A stretch of 64,000 nucleotides of DNA from Escherichia coli (GTDB taxonomy: Bacteria > Pseudomonadota > Gammaproteobacteria > Enterobacterales > Enterobacteriaceae). Below the pieces are notes generated by a model. The model saw only the letters and a list, made by a program, of their open reading frames with translations. It made no database searches and was not told the origin of the DNA. The DNA lies in NCBI RefSeq assembly GCF_046105845.1, contig NZ_CP151004.1; one strand, written 5' to 3'. Below, piece by piece: positions 1 to 13,481 of the stretch. Every line of letters begins with the position of its first letter. Position 1 is the stretch's first letter. Both the position numbers and the translations under genes were made by a program.

Positions 1-1721
<1,721 letters not shown>

Positions 1722-2612
1722 ATGGAACTACGGCATTTACGCTATTTCGTCGCAGTGGCGCAGGCACTGAACTTTACCCGTGCGGCGGAAAAACTGCATA
1801 CCTCACAGCCTTCGTTAAGCAGCCAGATCCGCGATCTTGAAAACTGTGTCGGTGTTCCGTTACTGGTGAGGGATAAGCGCAAAGTCGCGTTGACGGCGGC
1901 GGGAGAATGTTTTCTCCAGGACGCGCTGGCAATCCTCGAACAAGCGGAAAATGCCAAATTACGGGCGCGGAAAATTGTTCAGGAAGACAGACAATTAACC
2001 ATTGGCTTTGTGCCATCGGCGGAAGTGAATTTACTGCCAAAAGTATTACCGATGTTTCGTCTCAGACAGCCAGATACCTTAATTGAGCTGGTGAGTTTAA
2101 TCACCACGGAACAGGAAGAAAAAATTCGCCGTGGTGAACTCGACGTCGGCTTAATGCGCCATCCTGTTTATAGCCCGGAGATTGATTATCTGGAGCTTTT
2201 TGACGAACCATTAGTGGTGGTGTTACCGGTTGATCACCCTTTAGCACATGAAAAAGAGATCACTGCCGCGCAACTGGATGGCGTGAATTTCGTCAGTACT
2301 GATCCAGCGTATTCCGGTTCGCTTGCGCCGATCGTTAAAGCGTGGTTTGCGCAAGAAAACAGCCAGCCAAATATCGTCCAGGTGGCAACGAATATTCTGG
2401 TGACCATGAATCTGGTGGGGATGGGGCTGGGCGTCACTTTGATACCCGGTTATATGAATAATTTTAATACCGGCCAGGTGGTATTTCGACCCATTGCCGG
2501 AAATGTGCCTTCCATTGCTTTACTGATGGCGTGGAAGAAAGGGGAGATGAAGCCGGCATTACGCGATTTCATCGCCATTGTGCAGGAACGTTTGGCAAGC
2601 GTAACGGCATAA
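1722..2612 (+). CDS. hcaR: LysR-family transcriptional activator of the hca operon
   Basis: Start chosen at internal ATG giving MELRHLRYFVAVAQ (HTH of LysR family), 296 aa; ORF-track start at 1629 is an upstream extension. Confidence 0.9.
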   Translation: MELRHLRYFVAVAQALNFTRAAEKLHTSQPSLSSQIRDLENCVGVPLLVRDKRKVALTAAGECFLQDALAILEQAENAKLRARKIVQEDRQLTIGFVPSAEVNLLPKVLPMFRLRQPDTLIELVSLITTEQEEKIRRGELDVGLMRHPVYSPEIDYLELFDEPLVVVLPVDHPLAHEKEITAAQLDGVNFVSTDPAYSGSLAPIVKAWFAQENSQPNIVQVATNILVTMNLVGMGLGVTLIPGYMNNFNTGQVVFRPIAGNVPSIALLMAWKKGEMKPALRDFIAIVQERLASVTA

Positions 2613-2771
2613 TTACGCATTATTTTTGCAAAACGCGTCGCGGATCGCAGTTTTTTAGTGCTTGTGAACTGGCGTTACAGACATCGGGAAGCAGGCTCGA
2701 ATATTCTTATTTTTCAACTTGCACCAACATTCGATTAACCCCAGACTAACGCCTCCTGACGGGAGGGACTC

Positions 2772-3911
2772 ATGGTTTTGCAATCCACGCGCTGGTTGGC
2801 GCTCGGCTATTTCACATACTTTTTTAGTTACGGCATTTTTCTACCTTTCTGGAGCGTCTGGCTTAAGGGGATTGGTTTAACGCCAGAAACCATCGGCCTG
2901 TTATTGGGGGCAGGTCTGGTTGCCCGTTTTCTCGGGAGCTTGCTCATCGCGCCCCGCGTCAGCGATCCTTCTCGCCTGATTTCCGCCTTGCGCGTGCTGG
3001 CACTGCTGACACTTCTCTTTGCTGTCGCCTTCTGGGCGGGGGCGCACGTAGCGTGGCTGATGCTGGTGATGATTGGCTTTAACCTCTTTTTCTCACCGCT
3101 GGTACCGTTGACCGATGCACTGGCGAATACGTGGCAAAAGCAGTTCCCGCTTGATTACGGCAAAGTGCGATTGTGGGGCTCGGTAGCGTTTGTCATTGGC
3201 TCGGCGCTGACGGGCAAACTGGTCAGTATGTTTGATTATCGGGTGATCCTCGCGCTGTTGACGTTGGGCGTGGCATCCATGCTGCTCGGCTTTCTCATCC
3301 GTCCGACGATTCAGCCACAAGGGGCAAGCCGCCAGCAGGAGAGCACCGGTTGGTCTGCGTGGTTGGCGTTGGTTCGCCAGAACTGGCGCTTTCTGGCCTG
3401 CGTTTGTTTATTGCAGGGGGCGCATGCGGCCTATTACGGTTTTAGCGCCATTTACTGGCAGGCTGCTGGCTATTCGGCCTCGGCGGTGGGCTATTTGTGG
3501 TCGCTGGGCGTGGTGGCGGAAGTCATTATCTTTGCGCTGAGTAATAAACTTTTCCGCCGTTGTAGTGCACGCGATATGCTGTTGATCTCAGCGATTTGCG
3601 GCGTAGTGCGCTGGGGCATTATGGGAGCAACTACGGCGTTGCCGTGGTTGATAGTGGTGCAAATTCTGCATTGTGGCACCTTCACGGTCTGCCACCTGGC
3701 CGCCATGCGCTATATTGCCGCTCGCCAGGGTAGCGAAGTCATCCGTTTACAGGCGGTTTACTCTGCCGTCGCGATGGGCGGCAGTATCGCTATCATGACC
3801 GTTTTCGCCGGTTTCCTGTATCAATATCTGGGCCACGGCGTGTTCTGGGTGATGGCGCTGGTGGCGCTTCCGGCAATGTTTTTGCGCCCGAAAGTTGTTC
3901 CCTCATGCTGA
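2772..3911 (+). CDS. hcaT: MFS transporter (3-phenylpropionate transporter)
   Basis: 379-aa highly hydrophobic ORF adjacent to hcaR. Confidence 0.9.
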   Translation: MVLQSTRWLALGYFTYFFSYGIFLPFWSVWLKGIGLTPETIGLLLGAGLVARFLGSLLIAPRVSDPSRLISALRVLALLTLLFAVAFWAGAHVAWLMLVMIGFNLFFSPLVPLTDALANTWQKQFPLDYGKVRLWGSVAFVIGSALTGKLVSMFDYRVILALLTLGVASMLLGFLIRPTIQPQGASRQQESTGWSAWLALVRQNWRFLACVCLLQGAHAAYYGFSAIYWQAAGYSASAVGYLWSLGVVAEVIIFALSNKLFRRCSARDMLLISAICGVVRWGIMGATTALPWLIVVQILHCGTFTVCHLAAMRYIAARQGSEVIRLQAVYSAVAMGGSIAIMTVFAGFLYQYLGHGVFWVMALVALPAMFLRPKVVPSC

Positions 3912-5183
3912 TTCGAGCATTTTGCGGATCTGCTCCTGTTGATGTGTTGTCAACGTCAGGTCCGTATAGATCAGCGGTGGTGAAAAGAGCGGTAACGGCA
4001 TGGTATAAGGAGCAATAATCAGTGCCGCGCTGCGCGGAGCGCCTGTCTGCAAAAATACCTTTACCGACATATGTTTAATGTTGAGCGGCAGTAACGTTAG
4101 TTCGCGTAGCTGCTGCTCAATCTGCGCTTCTCGCTCGCTATCATTCCCGGTCAGTAGAATAATCTGTTTCTTATGCAGGTCGTTTTCCTGCATTAGCCAG
4201 GCACCGAAAATCACCGCGACCAGACCGCTTTCCTCATCAGAAAGATGGACGCCGTATTCACTTTCAAATCCGGCCAGCGCCGCGCGGGTGGTGCGCACCA
4301 GGCGTGGATACAGGCGGGCGAACTCTTCCGGCAGGGTGTTATCAATACCGATGGCAAACAAACTGCGATTTAACGCCTGGGCGAGGTGGGTATAAAGCTG
4401 ATCGCATAACCCTTGTTCATCATAAAAACGAACATTTCCCAGCTCACGAAAGTGGTTTACCAGACGTTTGATAGACTGACGCAGTTGTCTGTCCCGCTGA
4501 TGCGCATCCCGCAGTGGATCGGGAACCCGCAACATGGAAAAAAGTAATGCCATAAACAGTGGCTCATCAGGCGGTACAGGCTGGAGCGCCCGACGCTGCC
4601 AGTGGCGTCCAATTTCCTGCGCTACCTGAAATTCAAGGCAGGATTCCGCCCAGCGACGTTGGAGCGGATTAAACTGAGGCGTAATTCCAGCGTGGTGTTG
4701 CAGCAAACAATATTGCAGATACAGACACAGGAAATGAATATCGCGTGTTTCAAAGCGTTTTTGCAGCCGTCGGGAGCAGAGATTCACTAACGCTTGTAGA
4801 TTGGTATCGTCGTAAAAGTTACGCGCAATTCCGCGCCGCTTCAGTTCACTCTTCAGGGCGGGGGTGAAATGGCTGGTAATAAATGACGGACAGAGACGGA
4901 AACCACGTCGTAGCCAGTGAAATAAACACAAACGTTGGTTAAGCACTGTACCTTCAACCCGGTAGCTACCGTCATAACCAGTAGTCAGTGTGAGTTGATG
5001 ATAGCGCAGGATCTCCCGTCCTGTTTCGCTGATATCAAGACTGGCAATATCATCATCCACACCATTAAGCTCGCTGAAAGTTGCCGTGGTGGCGGTCAAC
5101 CCCGGCTGAAAGAGCGTCAGCAAGATCTGGCAGCGGCGCTGGGGAGCCGAAAGGACAGATGGTGGAGCAAGCGTAGGCATCAT
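3903..5183 (-). CDS. csiE: stationary-phase inducible protein CsiE
   Basis: ORF in expected position; start taken at MMPTLAPP (426 aa) rather than the longer ORF-track start at 5204. Confidence 0.85.
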   Translation of the reverse strand: MMPTLAPPSVLSAPQRRCQILLTLFQPGLTATTATFSELNGVDDDIASLDISETGREILRYHQLTLTTGYDGSYRVEGTVLNQRLCLFHWLRRGFRLCPSFITSHFTPALKSELKRRGIARNFYDDTNLQALVNLCSRRLQKRFETRDIHFLCLYLQYCLLQHHAGITPQFNPLQRRWAESCLEFQVAQEIGRHWQRRALQPVPPDEPLFMALLFSMLRVPDPLRDAHQRDRQLRQSIKRLVNHFRELGNVRFYDEQGLCDQLYTHLAQALNRSLFAIGIDNTLPEEFARLYPRLVRTTRAALAGFESEYGVHLSDEESGLVAVIFGAWLMQENDLHKKQIILLTGNDSEREAQIEQQLRELTLLPLNIKHMSVKVFLQTGAPRSAALIIAPYTMPLPLFSPPLIYTDLTLTTHQQEQIRKMLESA

Positions 5184-5373
5184 CTGTAGATCTCCCATAA
5201 GCATAATTGATAAGAATAGCTAAAGTTTGCTCAGGGAAATGGCGAAGGGAATGCTAATCATCAGAAATGTTGGCAAGCGTCACAGAATTTTTCTCATCTT
5301 AAACTGTTCTGACCAGTGGATTAGCATGTCTTAAGGTAGTTTTGTGAATGATTATCGTGCTAGCGATCATGGG

Positions 5374-6228
5374 TTAGTTCTGCGGATTCAACGCGCTAAG
5401 GATAAAATCCACTATCTGTTCGCGATAAACATCGCCGTGACGATCGGAAAAAGCATCAATGTGTTCGCCATCCGGGATTAGGATCAACCGTTTTGGCTCT
5501 TTTGCCAGGCTATACAACTTTTCGCTGTGCTGCCATGGGATAACGTGATCAGCTTTACCGTGAATCAGTAAAAGCGGGATCGGGCTGACGCTGGCGATGT
5601 AATTTTCGCCGCTGTAACTCTCATCAAGTAAGTAGCCACTGCCGGGGATCATCTGGTTGGCGATGGTCGCATAAGAGGCAAATGTGGAGTCGAGGATCAC
5701 CGCACGTATGCCTTCACGATCACCCTGACCAATAACATCCAGAATATTCGCCCCGCCAATACTCTGCCCGAACAGCACCAGCCGTTGTGGGTTTACATCA
5801 CTGCGATGGCGCACCACATTGATGGCACTTTGCGTATCGTCCAGCAATCCGGCCTGGGACGGCGTGCCTTTTGATTTACCAAACCCGCGATAATCAAACA
5901 TAAAAACGTTGAAATTACGCTCGGGTAACCAACTGACCAGCGGCCAGTGGGCGGACATATTTCCGGCATTGCCGTGAGCATGAATAATGGTAGCAATGGC
6001 GTTATCAGCAGGGCCCGTCGAAGAAGGGATAAACCAGCCTTGCAGATGAGTACCGTCCTTAGCCGTAAATTCGACGGATTCCGCCGACCAGGGTTCGGGA
6101 CCGTAAATTTTGTCGTCAGGATAATAGAAGAAATTGATGGCGATGCGCGGTATTAAATAAATGCAGAAGGCAACAACAAAGAGAATAAACAGAATTTTGA
6201 GAACGCGTTTGTTCACTGGCAGCGCCAT
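5374..6228 (-). CDS. yfhR: alpha/beta hydrolase family membrane-anchored protein
   Basis: N-terminal TM segment, hydrolase motifs HGNAGN and GQSIGG; start chosen at MALPVNKR (284 aa). Confidence 0.8.
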   Translation of the reverse strand: MALPVNKRVLKILFILFVVAFCIYLIPRIAINFFYYPDDKIYGPEPWSAESVEFTAKDGTHLQGWFIPSSTGPADNAIATIIHAHGNAGNMSAHWPLVSWLPERNFNVFMFDYRGFGKSKGTPSQAGLLDDTQSAINVVRHRSDVNPQRLVLFGQSIGGANILDVIGQGDREGIRAVILDSTFASYATIANQMIPGSGYLLDESYSGENYIASVSPIPLLLIHGKADHVIPWQHSEKLYSLAKEPKRLILIPDGEHIDAFSDRHGDVYREQIVDFILSALNPQN

Positions 6229-6372
6229 AACCTTTCCTTGCGACTTCTTTATCATCCATTAATCGGGGAAAGATGGTGGGAGAGTGGCGAAAGAAAGTAA
6301 AGCGGTGAGGAAGTATTTCGGAATAGCGCCTGAAAGGCGAGGGCGGGTGAGTGACATCACCCGCCAGAGTCA

Positions 6373-7176
6373 TTAACGCTTCAGGGCGTCGCTTAACTCG
6401 TCACGCATATTCGCCAGCATGGCTTTAACAACGCGCGGGTTACCAGCAACGATGTTACCGGTCAGCATGTAGTTATGACCACCGGTGAAGTCGCTGACGA
6501 TGCCGCCCGCTTCACGAACCAGCAGCTCGCCTGCGGCGAAATCCCACGGACGCAGACCGATTTCAAAGAAACCGTCAACGCGACCCGCAGCAACGTAAGC
6601 CAGATCCAGCGCCGCAGAACCGGTACGACGGAAGTCTGCACATTCGTTGAACAGTTTGCCGACGATGTTGATGTAGGTGGTGGCGTACTGTTTTGCTTTG
6701 AACGGGAAGCCGGTCGCCAGAATAGTACCGTCGAGATCGCGAGCGGTGCTGCCGCGCAGACGGTAGCCGTTCAGCTGTGCGCCCTGACCGCGAGTGGCGG
6801 TGAACAGTTCGTTACGCATAGGATCGTAAACCACAGCAACTTCAGTGCGGCCTTTGATACGAACGGCGATAGATACCGCGAAGTGCGGCAGACGTTTGAT
6901 AAAGTTGGTAGTGCCATCCAGTGGATCGATAACCCATTGAACATCCTGATCAGTACCTTCAAGTTCACCGCTTTCTTCGGTGATGATGGTGTGCTGTGGG
7001 TAAGATTTACGAATCGTGTCGATAATCACCGCTTCGGCAGCTTTATCTACGTTGGTCACGAAGTCGTTACTGCCTTTCTGGCTCGCTTCTACAGCGTCCG
7101 GGGTTTCATAGTTTTTGGCAATTAAATTACCCGCCTTGCGCGCTGCGCGCACGGCGATGTTCAGCATCGGATGCAT
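6373..7176 (-). CDS. suhB: inositol monophosphatase / NusA-associated SuhB
   Basis: 267-aa ORF with IMPase motifs WVIDPLDGT and GRVDGFFE. Confidence 0.93.
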   Translation of the reverse strand: MHPMLNIAVRAARKAGNLIAKNYETPDAVEASQKGSNDFVTNVDKAAEAVIIDTIRKSYPQHTIITEESGELEGTDQDVQWVIDPLDGTTNFIKRLPHFAVSIAVRIKGRTEVAVVYDPMRNELFTATRGQGAQLNGYRLRGSTARDLDGTILATGFPFKAKQYATTYINIVGKLFNECADFRRTGSAALDLAYVAAGRVDGFFEIGLRPWDFAAGELLVREAGGIVSDFTGGHNYMLTGNIVAGNPRVVKAMLANMRDELSDALKR

Positions 7177-7294
7177 CGGTCTCTCTCACTGGATGTTAAA
7201 GAACGGGAAAACGGCGCAGAGTATAGCAGCGAGATCGGCATCTGTCTTCGTTTTATGATAAGATGCGCGAATAATCTTTAGACGAAGAAAGACA

Positions 7295-8035
7295 ATGCTG
7301 CAAAATATTCGAATTGTGCTGGTGGAGACGTCACACACCGGCAATATGGGTTCTGTTGCCCGTGCCATGAAAACAATGGGATTAACCAATCTGTGGCTGG
7401 TTAATCCACTGGTGAAACCTGACTCCCAGGCGATTGCCCTGGCAGCAGGGGCCAGCGATGTGATTGGTAATGCTCATATCGTCGATACGCTCGACGAAGC
7501 GTTAGCCGGTTGTAGCCTGGTGGTGGGCACCAGCGCACGCTCCCGCACGCTGCCGTGGCCGATGCTCGACCCGCGCGAATGCGGTCTGAAAAGCGTCGCT
7601 GAAGCGGCAAATACCCCGGTGGCGCTGGTTTTTGGTCGCGAGCGCGTCGGCTTGACCAATGAAGAGTTGCAGAAATGCCATTATCATGTCGCGATTGCCG
7701 CTAACCCGGAATACAGTTCGCTGAACCTGGCGATGGCGGTTCAGGTTATTGCCTATGAAGTGCGCATGGCCTGGCTTGCAACTCAGGAAAATGGTGAGCA
7801 GGTCGAGCATGAAGAGACGCCGTATCCGCTGGTCGATGATCTGGAGCGTTTTTATGGTCATCTGGAACAAACGCTGCTGGCAACCGGTTTTATCCGTGAA
7901 AACCATCCGGGGCAGGTGATGAATAAATTGCGTCGTCTGTTTACCCGTGCGCGCCCGGAAAGCCAGGAATTGAATATCCTGCGCGGGATTCTGGCTTCTA
8001 TAGAGCAGCAGAATAAAGGTAATAAGGCCGAATAA
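7295..8035 (+). CDS. trmJ: tRNA (cytidine/uridine-2'-O)-methyltransferase (SpoU family)
   Basis: 246-aa ORF, SPOUT-fold motifs, immediately upstream of iscR. Confidence 0.92.
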
Positions 8036-8043
8036 TAGTGGTT

Positions 8044-8127
8044 GCCTGATGCGACGCTTAACGCGTCTTATCAGGCCTGCAGTGCACAGAGCCTCAGGTC
8101 GGATAAGGCGTTCACGTCGCATCCGAC
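8044..8127. repeat. REP (repetitive extragenic palindromic) element pair
   Basis: GCCTGATGCGACGCTTAACGCGTCTTATCAGGCC and GTCGGATAAGGCGTTCACGTCGCATCCGAC, canonical REP palindromes. Confidence 0.8.
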
Positions 8128-8189
8128 AACAGGTACAAACGCCACGATAAAAAAATGGCACTGAAGGTTAAATACCCGACTAAATCAGT

Positions 8190-8300
8190 CAAGTAAATAG
8201 TTGACCAATTTACTCGGGAATGTCAGACTTGACCCTGCTATGCAATACCCCCACTTTTACAATAAAAAACCCCGGGCAGGGGCGAGTTTGAGGTGAAGTA
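8190..8300 (+). promoter_or_regulatory. isc operon promoter / IscR autoregulatory region (candidate)
   Basis: Upstream of iscR; contains TTGACC...TATGCAATA-like elements and a GC hairpin (CCCCGGGCAGGGG) in the leader; exact operator not verified. Confidence 0.45.
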
Positions 8301-8304
8301 AGAC

Positions 8305-8793
8305 ATGAGACTGACATCTAAAGGGCGCTATGCCGTGACCGCAATGCTTGACGTTGCGCTCAACTCTGAAGCGGGCCCGGTACCGTTGGCTGATATTTCC
8401 GAACGTCAGGGAATTTCTCTTTCTTATCTGGAACAACTGTTTTCCCGTCTGCGTAAAAATGGTCTGGTTTCCAGCGTACGTGGACCAGGCGGTGGTTATC
8501 TGTTAGGCAAAGATGCCAGCAGCATCGCCGTTGGCGAAGTGATTAGCGCCGTTGACGAATCTGTAGATGCCACCCGTTGTCAGGGTAAAGGCGGCTGCCA
8601 GGGCGGCGATAAATGCCTGACCCACGCGCTGTGGCGTGATTTGAGCGACCGTCTCACCGGTTTTCTCAACAACATTACTTTAGGCGAACTGGTTAATAAC
8701 CAGGAAGTGCTGGATGTGTCTGGTCGTCAGCATACTCACGACGCGCCACGCACCCGCACACAAGACGCGATCGACGTTAAGTTACGCGCTTAA
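8305..8793 (+). CDS. iscR: Fe-S cluster-containing transcriptional regulator IscR (Rrf2 family)
   Basis: 162 aa; Rrf2 HTH; cluster-ligand Cys residues [13 protein letters not shown]. Confidence 0.95.
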
Positions 8794-9033
8794 TTTAACC
8801 GTCCTGTTTCGTGTTGCATCTGCGTTGACTGCACATACTCACTCTGGTCACTTACTTATGTAAGCTCCCGGAGATTCGTAAGTTTGTCAACTTGCTGAAA
8901 CCCGAAACAGTTAGGTTAAAGATAACAAGATATTAGAATCAGGCCGGGGCGTATCGCGCTCCGTAAACACGGTCGTACATCCAGCCGGTAGCCTGGTTCC
9001 TTGCATTGAGTGATGTACGGAGTTTATAGAGCA

Positions 9034-10248
9034 ATGAAATTACCGATTTATCTCGACTACTCCGCAACCACGCCGGTGGACCCGCGTGTTGCCGAGAAAA
9101 TGATGCAGTTTATGACGATGGACGGAACCTTTGGTAACCCGGCCTCCCGTTCTCACCGTTTCGGCTGGCAGGCTGAAGAAGCGGTAGATATCGCCCGTAA
9201 TCAGATTGCCGAACTGGTCGGCGCTGACCCGCGTGAAATCGTCTTTACCTCTGGTGCAACCGAATCTGACAACCTGGCGATCAAAGGTGCAGCCAACTTT
9301 TATCAGAAAAAAGGCAAGCACATCATCACCAGTAAAACCGAACACAAAGCGGTACTGGATACCTGCCGTCAGCTGGAGCGCGAAGGTTTCGAAGTCACCT
9401 ACCTGGCACCGCAGCGTAATGGCATTATCGACCTGAAAGAACTGGAAGCAGCGATGCGTGACGACACCATCCTCGTTTCCATCATGCACGTAAATAACGA
9501 AATCGGCGTGGTGCAGGATATCGCGGCTATCGGCGAAATGTGCCGTGCTCGCGGCATTATCTATCACGTTGATGCAACCCAGAGCGTGGGCAAACTGCCT
9601 ATCGACCTGAGCCAGTTGAAAGTTGACCTGATGTCATTCTCCGGTCACAAAATCTATGGCCCGAAAGGTATCGGTGCGCTATATGTGCGTCGTAAACCGC
9701 GCGTACGCATCGAAGCGCAAATGCACGGCGGCGGTCACGAGCGCGGTATGCGTTCCGGCACTCTGCCTGTTCACCAGATCGTTGGTATGGGCGAAGCCTA
9801 TCGCATCGCAAAAGAAGAGATGGCGACCGAGATGGAACGTCTGCGCGGCCTGCGTAACCGTCTGTGGAACGGCATCAAAGATATCGAAGAAGTTTACCTG
9901 AACGGTGACCTGGAACACGGTGCGCCGAACATTCTCAACGTCAGCTTCAACTACGTTGAAGGTGAGTCGCTGATTATGGCGCTGAAAGACCTCGCGGTTT
10001 CTTCAGGTTCCGCCTGTACGTCAGCAAGCCTCGAACCGTCCTACGTGCTGCGCGCGCTGGGGCTGAACGACGAGCTGGCACATAGCTCTATCCGTTTCTC
10101 TTTAGGTCGTTTTACTACTGAAGAAGAGATCGACTACACCATCGAGTTAGTTCGTAAATCCATCGGTCGTCTGCGTGACCTTTCTCCGCTGTGGGAAATG
10201 TACAAGCAGGGCGTGGATCTGAACAGCATCGAATGGGCACATCATTAA
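9034..10248 (+). CDS. iscS: cysteine desulfurase
   Basis: Start at [14 protein letters not shown] (404 aa); PLP-binding SGHK motif; ORF-track start at 9010 is an extension. Confidence 0.95.
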   Translation: MKLPIYLDYSATTPVDPRVAEKMMQFMTMDGTFGNPASRSHRFGWQAEEAVDIARNQIAELVGADPREIVFTSGATESDNLAIKGAANFYQKKGKHIITSKTEHKAVLDTCRQLEREGFEVTYLAPQRNGIIDLKELEAAMRDDTILVSIMHVNNEIGVVQDIAAIGEMCRARGIIYHVDATQSVGKLPIDLSQLKVDLMSFSGHKIYGPKGIGALYVRRKPRVRIEAQMHGGGHERGMRSGTLPVHQIVGMGEAYRIAKEEMATEMERLRGLRNRLWNGIKDIEEVYLNGDLEHGAPNILNVSFNYVEGESLIMALKDLAVSSGSACTSASLEPSYVLRALGLNDELAHSSIRFSLGRFTTEEEIDYTIELVRKSIGRLRDLSPLWEMYKQGVDLNSIEWAHH

Positions 10249-10275
10249 TCGGTATCGGAATCAGGAGAATTTATA

Positions 10276-10662
10276 ATGGCTTACAGCGAAAAAGTTATCG
10301 ACCATTACGAGAATCCGCGTAACGTGGGTTCCTTTGACAACAACGACGAGAACGTCGGCAGCGGCATGGTGGGTGCACCGGCATGTGGCGACGTGATGAA
10401 GTTGCAGATTAAAGTCAACGATGAAGGTATCATTGAAGACGCGCGTTTTAAAACTTACGGCTGCGGTTCTGCTATCGCTTCCAGCTCCCTGGTCACCGAA
10501 TGGGTGAAAGGGAAGTCTCTCGACGAAGCGCAGGCGATCAAAAACACCGATATTGCTGAAGAACTTGAACTGCCTCCGGTGAAAATTCACTGTTCTATTC
10601 TGGCAGAAGACGCGATCAAAGCCGCCATTGCGGACTATAAAAGCAAACGTGAAGCAAAATAA
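10276..10662 (+). CDS. iscU: Fe-S cluster assembly scaffold
   Basis: 128 aa; conserved Cys motifs GAPACGD, YGCGSAIAS, LPPVKIHCS. Confidence 0.96.
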   Translation: MAYSEKVIDHYENPRNVGSFDNNDENVGSGMVGAPACGDVMKLQIKVNDEGIIEDARFKTYGCGSAIASSSLVTEWVKGKSLDEAQAIKNTDIAEELELPPVKIHCSILAEDAIKAAIADYKSKREAK

Positions 10663-10678
10663 GAGTTGAGGTTTGGTT

Positions 10679-11002
10679 ATGTCGATTACACTGAGCGACA
10701 GTGCAGCAGCGCGAGTAAATACCTTTCTGGCTAACCGCGGCAAAGGGTTTGGCCTGCGTCTGGGCGTGAGAACCTCCGGATGTTCAGGTATGGCTTATGT
10801 ACTGGAATTTGTTGACGAACCGACGCCGGAAGACATCGTGTTTGAAGACAAAGGCGTGAAAGTCGTGGTCGATGGCAAAAGCCTGCAATTTCTGGACGGT
10901 ACGCAGCTGGACTTCGTAAAAGAAGGCCTGAACGAAGGGTTTAAATTCACCAACCCGAACGTCAAAGATGAGTGTGGTTGCGGCGAAAGCTTCCACGTTT
11001 GA
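10679..11002 (+). CDS. iscA: Fe-S cluster insertion protein (A-type carrier)
   Basis: 107 aa starting [14 protein letters not shown]-terminal CGCGESF. Confidence 0.95.
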   Translation: MSITLSDSAAARVNTFLANRGKGFGLRLGVRTSGCSGMAYVLEFVDEPTPEDIVFEDKGVKVVVDGKSLQFLDGTQLDFVKEGLNEGFKFTNPNVKDECGCGESFHV

Positions 11003-11097
11003 TGCGCATACCGATAACCCCACCGTGGTCGCCTGCGCGTGGGGTTTGTTTTACCTGATTCGCCGTTATCGCGGCGGATCGCAGCCCTGAGAATGTT

Positions 11098-11613
11098 ATG
11101 GATTACTTCACCCTCTTTGGCTTGCCTGCCCGTTATCAACTCGATACCCAGGCACTGAGCCTGCGTTTTCAGGATCTACAACGTCAGTATCATCCTGATA
11201 AATTCGCCAGCGGAAGCCAGGCGGAACAACTCGCCGCCGTACAGCAATCTGCAACCATTAACCAGGCCTGGCAAACGCTGCGTCATCCGTTAATGCGCGC
11301 GGAATATTTGCTTTCTTTGCACGGTTTTGATCTCGCCAGCGAGCAGCATACTGTGCGCGACACCGCGTTCCTGATGGAACAGCTGGAACTGCGCGAAGAA
11401 CTGGACGAGATCGAACAGGCGAAAGATGAAGCGCGGCTGGAAAGCTTTATCAAACGTGTGAAAAAGATGTTTGATACCCGCCATCAGTTGATGGTTGAAC
11501 AGTTAGACAACGAGACGTGGGACGCGGCGGCGGATACCGTGCGTAAGCTGCGTTTTCTCGATAAACTGCGAAGCAGTGCCGAACAACTCGAAGAAAAACT
11601 GCTCGATTTTTAA
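11098..11613 (+). CDS. hscB: co-chaperone HscB (J-domain)
   Basis: 171 aa; J-domain HPD motif (QRQYHPDKF). Confidence 0.95.
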   Translation: MDYFTLFGLPARYQLDTQALSLRFQDLQRQYHPDKFASGSQAEQLAAVQQSATINQAWQTLRHPLMRAEYLLSLHGFDLASEQHTVRDTAFLMEQLELREELDEIEQAKDEARLESFIKRVKKMFDTRHQLMVEQLDNETWDAAADTVRKLRFLDKLRSSAEQLEEKLLDF

Positions 11614-11629
11614 TTTCTGGAAGCTAAAC

Positions 11630-13480
11630 ATGGCCTTATTACAAATTAGTGAACCTGGTTTGAGTGCTGCGCCGCATCAGCGTCGTCTGGCGGCCGGTAT
11701 CGACCTGGGCACAACCAACTCGCTGGTGGCGACAGTGCGCAGCGGTCAGGCCGAAACGTTAGCCGACCATGAAGGCCGTCACCTGCTGCCGTCTGTTGTT
11801 CACTATCAACAGCAAGGGCATTCGGTGGGTTATGACGCGCGTACTAACGCAGCGCTTGATACCGCCAACACCATTAGTTCTGTTAAACGCCTGATGGGGC
11901 GCTCGCTGGCTGATATCCAGCAACGCTATCCGCATCTGCCTTATCAATTCCAGGCCAGCGAAAACGGCCTGCCGATGATTGAAACGGCGGCGGGGCTGCT
12001 GAACCCGGTGCGCGTTTCTGCGGACATCCTCAAAGCACTGGCGGCGCGGGCAACTGAAGCCCTGGCAGGCGAGCTGGATGGTGTAGTTATCACCGTTCCG
12101 GCGTACTTTGACGATGCCCAGCGTCAGGGCACCAAAGACGCGGCGCGTCTGGCGGGCCTTCACGTCCTGCGCTTACTTAACGAACCGACCGCTGCGGCTA
12201 TCGCCTACGGGCTGGATTCCGGTCAGGAAGGCGTGATCGCCGTTTATGACCTCGGTGGCGGGACGTTTGATATTTCCATTCTGCGCTTAAGTCGCGGCGT
12301 GTTTGAAGTGCTGGCGACCGGCGGTGATTCCGCGCTCGGCGGCGATGATTTCGACCATCTGCTGGCGGATTACATTCGCGAGCAGGCGGGCATTCCTGAT
12401 CGTAGCGATAACCGCGTTCAGCGTGAACTGCTGGATGCCGCCATTGCAGCCAAAATCGCGCTGAGCGATGCGGACTCCGTGACCGTTAACGTTGCGGGCT
12501 GGCAGGGCGAAATCAGCCGTGAACAATTCAATGAACTGATCGCGCCACTGGTAAAACGAACCTTACTGGCTTGTCGTCGCGCGCTGAAAGACGCTGGCGT
12601 AGAAGCTGATGAAGTGCTGGAAGTGGTGATGGTTGGCGGTTCTACTCGCGTGCCGCTGGTGCGTGAACGAGTAGGCGAATTTTTCGGTCGTCCACCGCTG
12701 ACTTCTATCGACCCGGATAAAGTCGTCGCTATTGGCGCGGCGATTCAGGCGGATATTCTGGTGGGTAACAAGCCGGACAGCGAAATGCTGTTGCTGGATG
12801 TGATCCCGCTGTCGCTGGGCCTCGAAACGATGGGCGGCCTGGTGGAGAAAGTGATTCCGCGTAATACCACTATTCCGGTGGCGCGCGCTCAGGATTTCAC
12901 CACCTTTAAAGATGGTCAGACGGCGATGTCTATCCATGTAATGCAGGGTGAGCGTGAACTGGTGCAGGACTGCCGCTCGCTGGCGCGTTTTGCACTGCGT
13001 GGTATCCCGGCGCTACCGGCTGGCGGCGCGCATATTCGCGTAACGTTCCAGGTCGATGCCGACGGTCTTTTGAGCGTGACGGCGATGGAGAAATCCACCG
13101 GCGTTGAGGCGTCTATTCAGGTCAAACCGTCTTACGGTCTGACCGATAGCGAAATCGCTTCGATGATCAAAGACTCAATGAGCTATGCCGAGCAGGACGT
13201 AAAAGCCCGTATGCTGGCAGAACAAAAAGTAGAAGCGGCGCGTGTGCTGGAAAGTCTGCACGGCGCGCTGGCTGCTGATGCCGCGCTGTTAAGCGCCGCA
13301 GAACGTCAGGATATCGACGATGCTGCCGCTCACCTGAGTGAAGTGGCGCAGGGCGATGATGTTGACGCCATCGAACAAGCGATTAAAAACGTAGACAAAC
13401 AAACCCAGGATTTCGCCGCTCGCCGCATGGACCAGTCGGTTCGTCGTGCGCTGAAAGGCCATTCCGTGGACGAGGTTTAA
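11630..13480 (+). CDS. hscA: Hsp70-type chaperone HscA
   Basis: Start at [10 protein letters not shown] (616 aa); Hsp70 motifs [20 protein letters not shown]-track start 11576 overlaps hscB and is rejected. Confidence 0.95.
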   Translation: MALLQISEPGLSAAPHQRRLAAGIDLGTTNSLVATVRSGQAETLADHEGRHLLPSVVHYQQQGHSVGYDARTNAALDTANTISSVKRLMGRSLADIQQRYPHLPYQFQASENGLPMIETAAGLLNPVRVSADILKALAARATEALAGELDGVVITVPAYFDDAQRQGTKDAARLAGLHVLRLLNEPTAAAIAYGLDSGQEGVIAVYDLGGGTFDISILRLSRGVFEVLATGGDSALGGDDFDHLLADYIREQAGIPDRSDNRVQRELLDAAIAAKIALSDADSVTVNVAGWQGEISREQFNELIAPLVKRTLLACRRALKDAGVEADEVLEVVMVGGSTRVPLVRERVGEFFGRPPLTSIDPDKVVAIGAAIQADILVGNKPDSEMLLLDVIPLSLGLETMGGLVEKVIPRNTTIPVARAQDFTTFKDGQTAMSIHVMQGERELVQDCRSLARFALRGIPALPAGGAHIRVTFQVDADGLLSVTAMEKSTGVEASIQVKPSYGLTDSEIASMIKDSMSYAEQDVKARMLAEQKVEAARVLESLHGALAADAALLSAAERQDIDDAAAHLSEVAQGDDVDAIEQAIKNVDKQTQDFAARRMDQSVRRALKGHSVDEV

Positions 13481-13481
13481 T

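Noticed and set aside
11576-11629. Long N-terminal extensions in the ORF track (hscA 11576, pepB 14040, guaB 36414, sseA 18218, iscS 9010, der 33158, upp 53474, uraA 54171, hcaR 1629)
   Set aside because: Internal start codons reproduce the conserved N-termini of these well-known proteins and avoid overlap with upstream genes; the extensions are read-through of upstream non-coding sequence.
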